DNA of 62,877 nucleotides from Blastocatellia bacterium (GTDB lineage Bacteria; Acidobacteriota; Blastocatellia; Chloracidobacteriales; JADJPF01), in contig JBDIBI010000015.1 in assembly GCA_039812885.1 (NCBI GenBank), forward strand, positions 1 to 62,877, read 5' to 3'. This document shows, one piece after another, positions 59,561-62,877 of this stretch. The notes beneath the pieces are model-generated. The model worked only from the letters and a program-made list of their open reading frames with translations, was not told the DNA's origin and made no database searches. How positions within the stretch are numbered: position 1 is the stretch's first letter; each line of letters opens with the position of its first letter. A program made the translations under genes and the position numbers.

Positions 59561-61003
59561 TTATTTTGCAAAATAATTTTGCAGTGTCATTGTTGTCATT
59601 TGCAACAATTCTTTTATCTTAGATTTTTCTTTTTCATCATAAAATTTTAGTGGTATTAGAATAAACGGCAGCATTATTGCAAAAGGAATTTTAGCTATAA
59701 AAGAAATTATTGGTCTTTCAATAATTATTATTTGACTTAACAAAAATAACACTATAGCTACAATTAATATTTTTGTAATTCTATTCCATTCATAATCAAT
59801 ATGCATTAATTTATCTGATACATAGTATCTAAGACCGCAAATTACTATATAAGAAATCAAAGTTGCAATTCCAGCACCAATCATTCCCATTGAAGGAATT
59901 AAAATAAAATTCAAAACAACATTAACAAGAGCAGAAATTGTCATAAGTATTGGACTTATATAAGACTTTCGCTTTAATCCAATACCAACTCCTAACGTTG
60001 GATTAGCAATATCTAATACAGCAGCAAGTGCTAACCAAGGAACAACCTTAGCTGTGTCCCAATATTTAGCTGTTGCAAAAATTCTTAATACATCTTCAAC
60101 TAACACTGATAATGGTAAAGCTAACAACGTAGATATATAAACAACATATGTTAACATTCTTGCATAATACTCTTTTGCATCTTCATCTTTCATAACTGAC
60201 ACTTGCATATTAGGCCAGATCATACTAAAAGGTGTAGATACTAATAAACTAATTGGTGTTGTTAACTGATTTCCTAAAGTGTAGAGTCCAACTTGACGTA
60301 AATCTGCATAATGTTTAAGAAAAAATCTATCAATCCATTGAAAACATATAGCTGAAAGCCTTCCAAAAATTAACGGCGTTCCAAACGCTAGCATTTTCTT
60401 TAATTCATTATAATTAAAACCCCATTTTAAATAACGAAGCGATAACACAAAAGACATTCCATTTTCTATTACAGCCCCTATTAAATTACCTATTAATATC
60501 CCCTTTATCCCATAATTATAATAAACAACTAATGCAATATTGGTAACTAATTGAAAAATAAACCCAGTTGTTTGACAAATTGAATACTGTACAGAAGCAT
60601 TACGAAGCCTTAACAAAGTATCAGGTACAACATTAAATATTTCTAAGAAAGAAAGTAAATATATTATTTGTAAATGTTCACTATATGTTGGAGTTTCAAA
60701 CAAATACTCTGAAGTTTGTGCAGAAAATAAACTAAATAAAAGTAATATTGGAGCAGAAGTAATAATTAAAAATATAAATACTGTTGTTGCTAATTGAGGT
60801 CTTTGCTCTTCTTCATAATCATACCAAGATCTTAATAAAGCATTACTTAATCCCATTCTTAAAACTAATGGAATTCCTGCCAAAATGATCATTAAAATAG
60901 CTAATACACCATAATCACGGGGTCTAATAAAACGAGTGTAGACAGGAATCAAAAAAAAGCCAAGTGCACGATTTATAACACCACTTAGGCCAAATACTAA
61001 CAT
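59561..61003 (-). CDS. Wzx-like oligosaccharide flippase of the MOP superfamily (polysaccharide biosynthesis protein)
   Basis: 480 aa with about 12-14 transmembrane helices. The composition and length are typical of Wzx/RfbX-family flippases. Confidence 0.6.
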   Translation of the reverse strand: MLVFGLSGVINRALGFFLIPVYTRFIRPRDYGVLAILMIILAGIPLVLRMGLSNALLRSWYDYEEEQRPQLATTVFIFLIITSAPILLLFSLFSAQTSEYLFETPTYSEHLQIIYLLSFLEIFNVVPDTLLRLRNASVQYSICQTTGFIFQLVTNIALVVYYNYGIKGILIGNLIGAVIENGMSFVLSLRYLKWGFNYNELKKMLAFGTPLIFGRLSAICFQWIDRFFLKHYADLRQVGLYTLGNQLTTPISLLVSTPFSMIWPNMQVSVMKDEDAKEYYARMLTYVVYISTLLALPLSVLVEDVLRIFATAKYWDTAKVVPWLALAAVLDIANPTLGVGIGLKRKSYISPILMTISALVNVVLNFILIPSMGMIGAGIATLISYIVICGLRYYVSDKLMHIDYEWNRITKILIVAIVLFLLSQIIIIERPIISFIAKIPFAIMLPFILIPLKFYDEKEKSKIKELLQMTTMTLQNYFAK

Positions 61004-61100
61004 ATGTTTAAATGTTGTTTTTAGCTTCTCGTAAATTTTTTTAAACTCCTTTCACATTTTGTTTTATTTCAAACAAAACTTTTAGTTAATACTATATTTT

Positions 61101-62877
61101 TTACATATTTTTTTTATAACAAAATAGAATTAATCCAACACAAATAATTAATGATATAAAACTAATATATAAACCATAGAAAAAAGATTTTGGATGAAAA
61201 ATTAATTCGATTTTATGATTTCCAGCATCTATAATTAAACCTCTTAATGCATAATCTACTCGTAATATATCTGCTGGTTTATTATCAATAAATGCTTGCC
61301 AACCAGGATAATAAGTATCTGTTAATACTAATAATTTTTTACTGTTTGAACTTGTATTTAACATTACTTGATTATTTTTATAATCTGTAATTTCTATTTT
61401 GTCAGTTGTTTCAACTGATTTTATATCTGTTATATTTATTTTGTCATCTGTAACAATTATATTTGAATAAAAATCAAAATCAGTTTGTTTCATTTTATTA
61501 ATAGTTGTTGATAAATCACTAATTTTTTCTACATTTTTAGCAAAAAATGCTCGTGGCATTACATTTGTGTTTTCATATATTTTAACTCCATTGCTAACAT
61601 GAACTTCTTTATAGTTAAGGTTATTAAAGTTATATTTATCTCTAGTCATTAAATATTTTACTCCAAGAAAATCATATAATGGAGATGATGTTTTCTCAAA
61701 AACAATATGACTTAAATGTTCTTGGGGTTCACTTAGTGATATAAACTCACGATACCATTTTGGAAACAATTGGTCTTTACCATAAATAGTATTAATTTGG
61801 TAAGGTAACATTGTATTTGGAGGAGAAATTACTTTAAATCCAGAAAATTTTTCTGCTTTTCCACCTAATTCAGCAGGTGTAACAACTAAACGATATAATC
61901 CAATATTATTTTTTACAAAATCTGTAGCATCAGTTTTAGGGTAAATTAATGAACTTTGAAAAGTTTTATTATACTGATTACTTTGCCATATTAATTCTGT
62001 TATTAAGATACAAAATAATAATATTATTAATTGTAATTTTTTAGTTTGTTTTTCTTTTATGTAATACCAACAAGTTATTGTTAGTACAAATATAATTACT
62101 ATAGGAATAATCAAATCTATATTTTTATAATAGAAATGTTCATTTAGAGAAATCAAAATTCTTAAGATTAATCGTTTTAATCCAGAGAAATTTTTTGCAT
62201 TTGGCAAGAATCTTCCTAATAAATTAAATCCTACTAAACTAATTAATAGGCTCACTAATAAAAATATTCCAATATGTTGAATTTTTTTCAAAAAATCTTT
62301 TAATTCTAACCAATCTAATTTAGAAAATTTATCTGCTCCATAAGCAACTAATACAGCACTACCAAAAATATAAATGCCGCTAATTCTTGTCACAGCTCTA
62401 ATTGTTTTTAACACTGGAATATATTTTGTTACATGAACATATATAGGAGCAGAAACCATTACTATTAATGCACCTATAGCTAAAATAGCAAAATAATAGA
62501 TTCTTTTATCTATTTCTTGTGATTTAGTACGCCAACATATGATTGCAACAAAAATTAATGAAACTAGCCCTAAATAAATAATATGGTCTTGAGAAACACC
62601 AATATCTACAAATCTTTTAGCAATAGTTGAGTCAAAAGCACGACCAAAAGCACGAGGTAAAATAAGAGTTAACAAATGCCAAGGAGGAAGCCAAATATAA
62701 CCTATTTCTGTAGGAACAATTTTTCGATTAGAATAACTTAACAGTTCAAAAACTGGCCACCAATTTGCAGTTGACAGTCCAAATCCTACAAGTAATGTAA
62801 TTACAAGATATTTTACAGAATATTTTAATTCTTTTAGTTTATCTACAATACAATTGTTTAAATATGGGTAAAGTAAA
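61101..62877 (-). CDS. YfhO-family-like polytopic membrane protein (GT-C-like glycosyltransferase/polymerase); C-terminal part, with the gene continuing past the right window edge
   Basis: The reading frame is open from 62675 to the window end; the 'M' in the ORF track is a TTG. Multiple transmembrane helices, then a C-terminal soluble region. The conserved C-terminal YfhO-type motif TDTYYPGWQAFIDNKPADILRVDYALRGL is followed by a final transmembrane helix. Confidence 0.55.
   Translation of the reverse strand, partial: LLYPYLNNCIVDKLKELKYSVKYLVITLLVGFGLSTANWWPVFELLSYSNRKIVPTEIGYIWLPPWHLLTLILPRAFGRAFDSTIAKRFVDIGVSQDHIIYLGLVSLIFVAIICWRTKSQEIDKRIYYFAILAIGALIVMVSAPIYVHVTKYIPVLKTIRAVTRISGIYIFGSAVLVAYGADKFSKLDWLELKDFLKKIQHIGIFLLVSLLISLVGFNLLGRFLPNAKNFSGLKRLILRILISLNEHFYYKNIDLIIPIVIIFVLTITCWYYIKEKQTKKLQLIILLFCILITELIWQSNQYNKTFQSSLIYPKTDATDFVKNNIGLYRLVVTPAELGGKAEKFSGFKVISPPNTMLPYQINTIYGKDQLFPKWYREFISLSEPQEHLSHIVFEKTSSPLYDFLGVKYLMTRDKYNFNNLNYKEVHVSNGVKIYENTNVMPRAFFAKNVEKISDLSTTINKMKQTDFDFYSNIIVTDDKINITDIKSVETTDKIEITDYKNNQVMLNTSSNSKKLLVLTDTYYPGWQAFIDNKPADILRVDYALRGLIIDAGNHKIELIFHPKSFFYGLYISFISLIICVGLILFCYKKNM

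Noticed and set aside
1-62877. tRNA, rRNA or CRISPR arrays
   Set aside because: Scanning intergenic regions showed no tRNA-like T-arm or acceptor signatures (for example GGTTCGAATCC-type), no rRNA-like conserved blocks and no regularly spaced 25-40-bp direct repeats. A by-eye scan cannot fully exclude a tRNA.

Overview
This 62.9 kb window comes from an AT-rich genome that looks like a Gram-negative (diderm) bacterium. I judged GC to be in the mid-30s % by eye and did not compute it. Diderm markers present are PstS, HlyD-type periplasmic adaptors, a MacB/FtsX-type permease, a SPOR domain, a Wzx flippase and MsrPQ. The window is densely coding, with about 45 genes and short intergenic gaps.

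Content, in order:
- A phosphate module: pstS divergent from phoU, a phoB-like response regulator and a phoR-like histidine kinase. Their shared intergenic region holds a phased array of 11-bp direct repeats that look like Pho boxes.
- Three tandem HlyD-family adaptor paralogs followed by an FtsX permease with no ATPase gene adjacent.
- Housekeeping genes: nadA, msrPQ, a class-III aminotransferase, rsgA, alaS, tilS-ftsH and nth.
- Many signalling and eukaryote-like domain proteins: a Hanks Ser/Thr kinase, WD40, ankyrin, TPR, CAP/SCP, FHA-GAF-HD-GYP and DUF4388.
- Carbohydrate-related genes: a 1190-aa BNR/Asp-box protein, a GH13 pullulanase-type enzyme, and at the right edge a sulfotransferase, a Wzx flippase and a YfhO-like membrane protein.

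The stand-out feature lies between alaS and a 1778-aa kinase-STAND NTPase-TM-WD40-FGE gene. It is a compact insertion of about 1.65 kb carrying a solo IscB (OMEGA-type RNA-guided nuclease, the IS200/605 ancestor of Cas9). All RuvC and HNH catalytic residues are intact. A hairpin-rich non-coding stretch of about 330 nt lies immediately upstream in the same orientation, as expected for an omega-RNA. No tnpA, CRISPR array or cas1/cas2 is present.

I found no rRNA or tRNA genes by eye. All homology statements rest on motif recognition from the translated ORFs, not on database searches.
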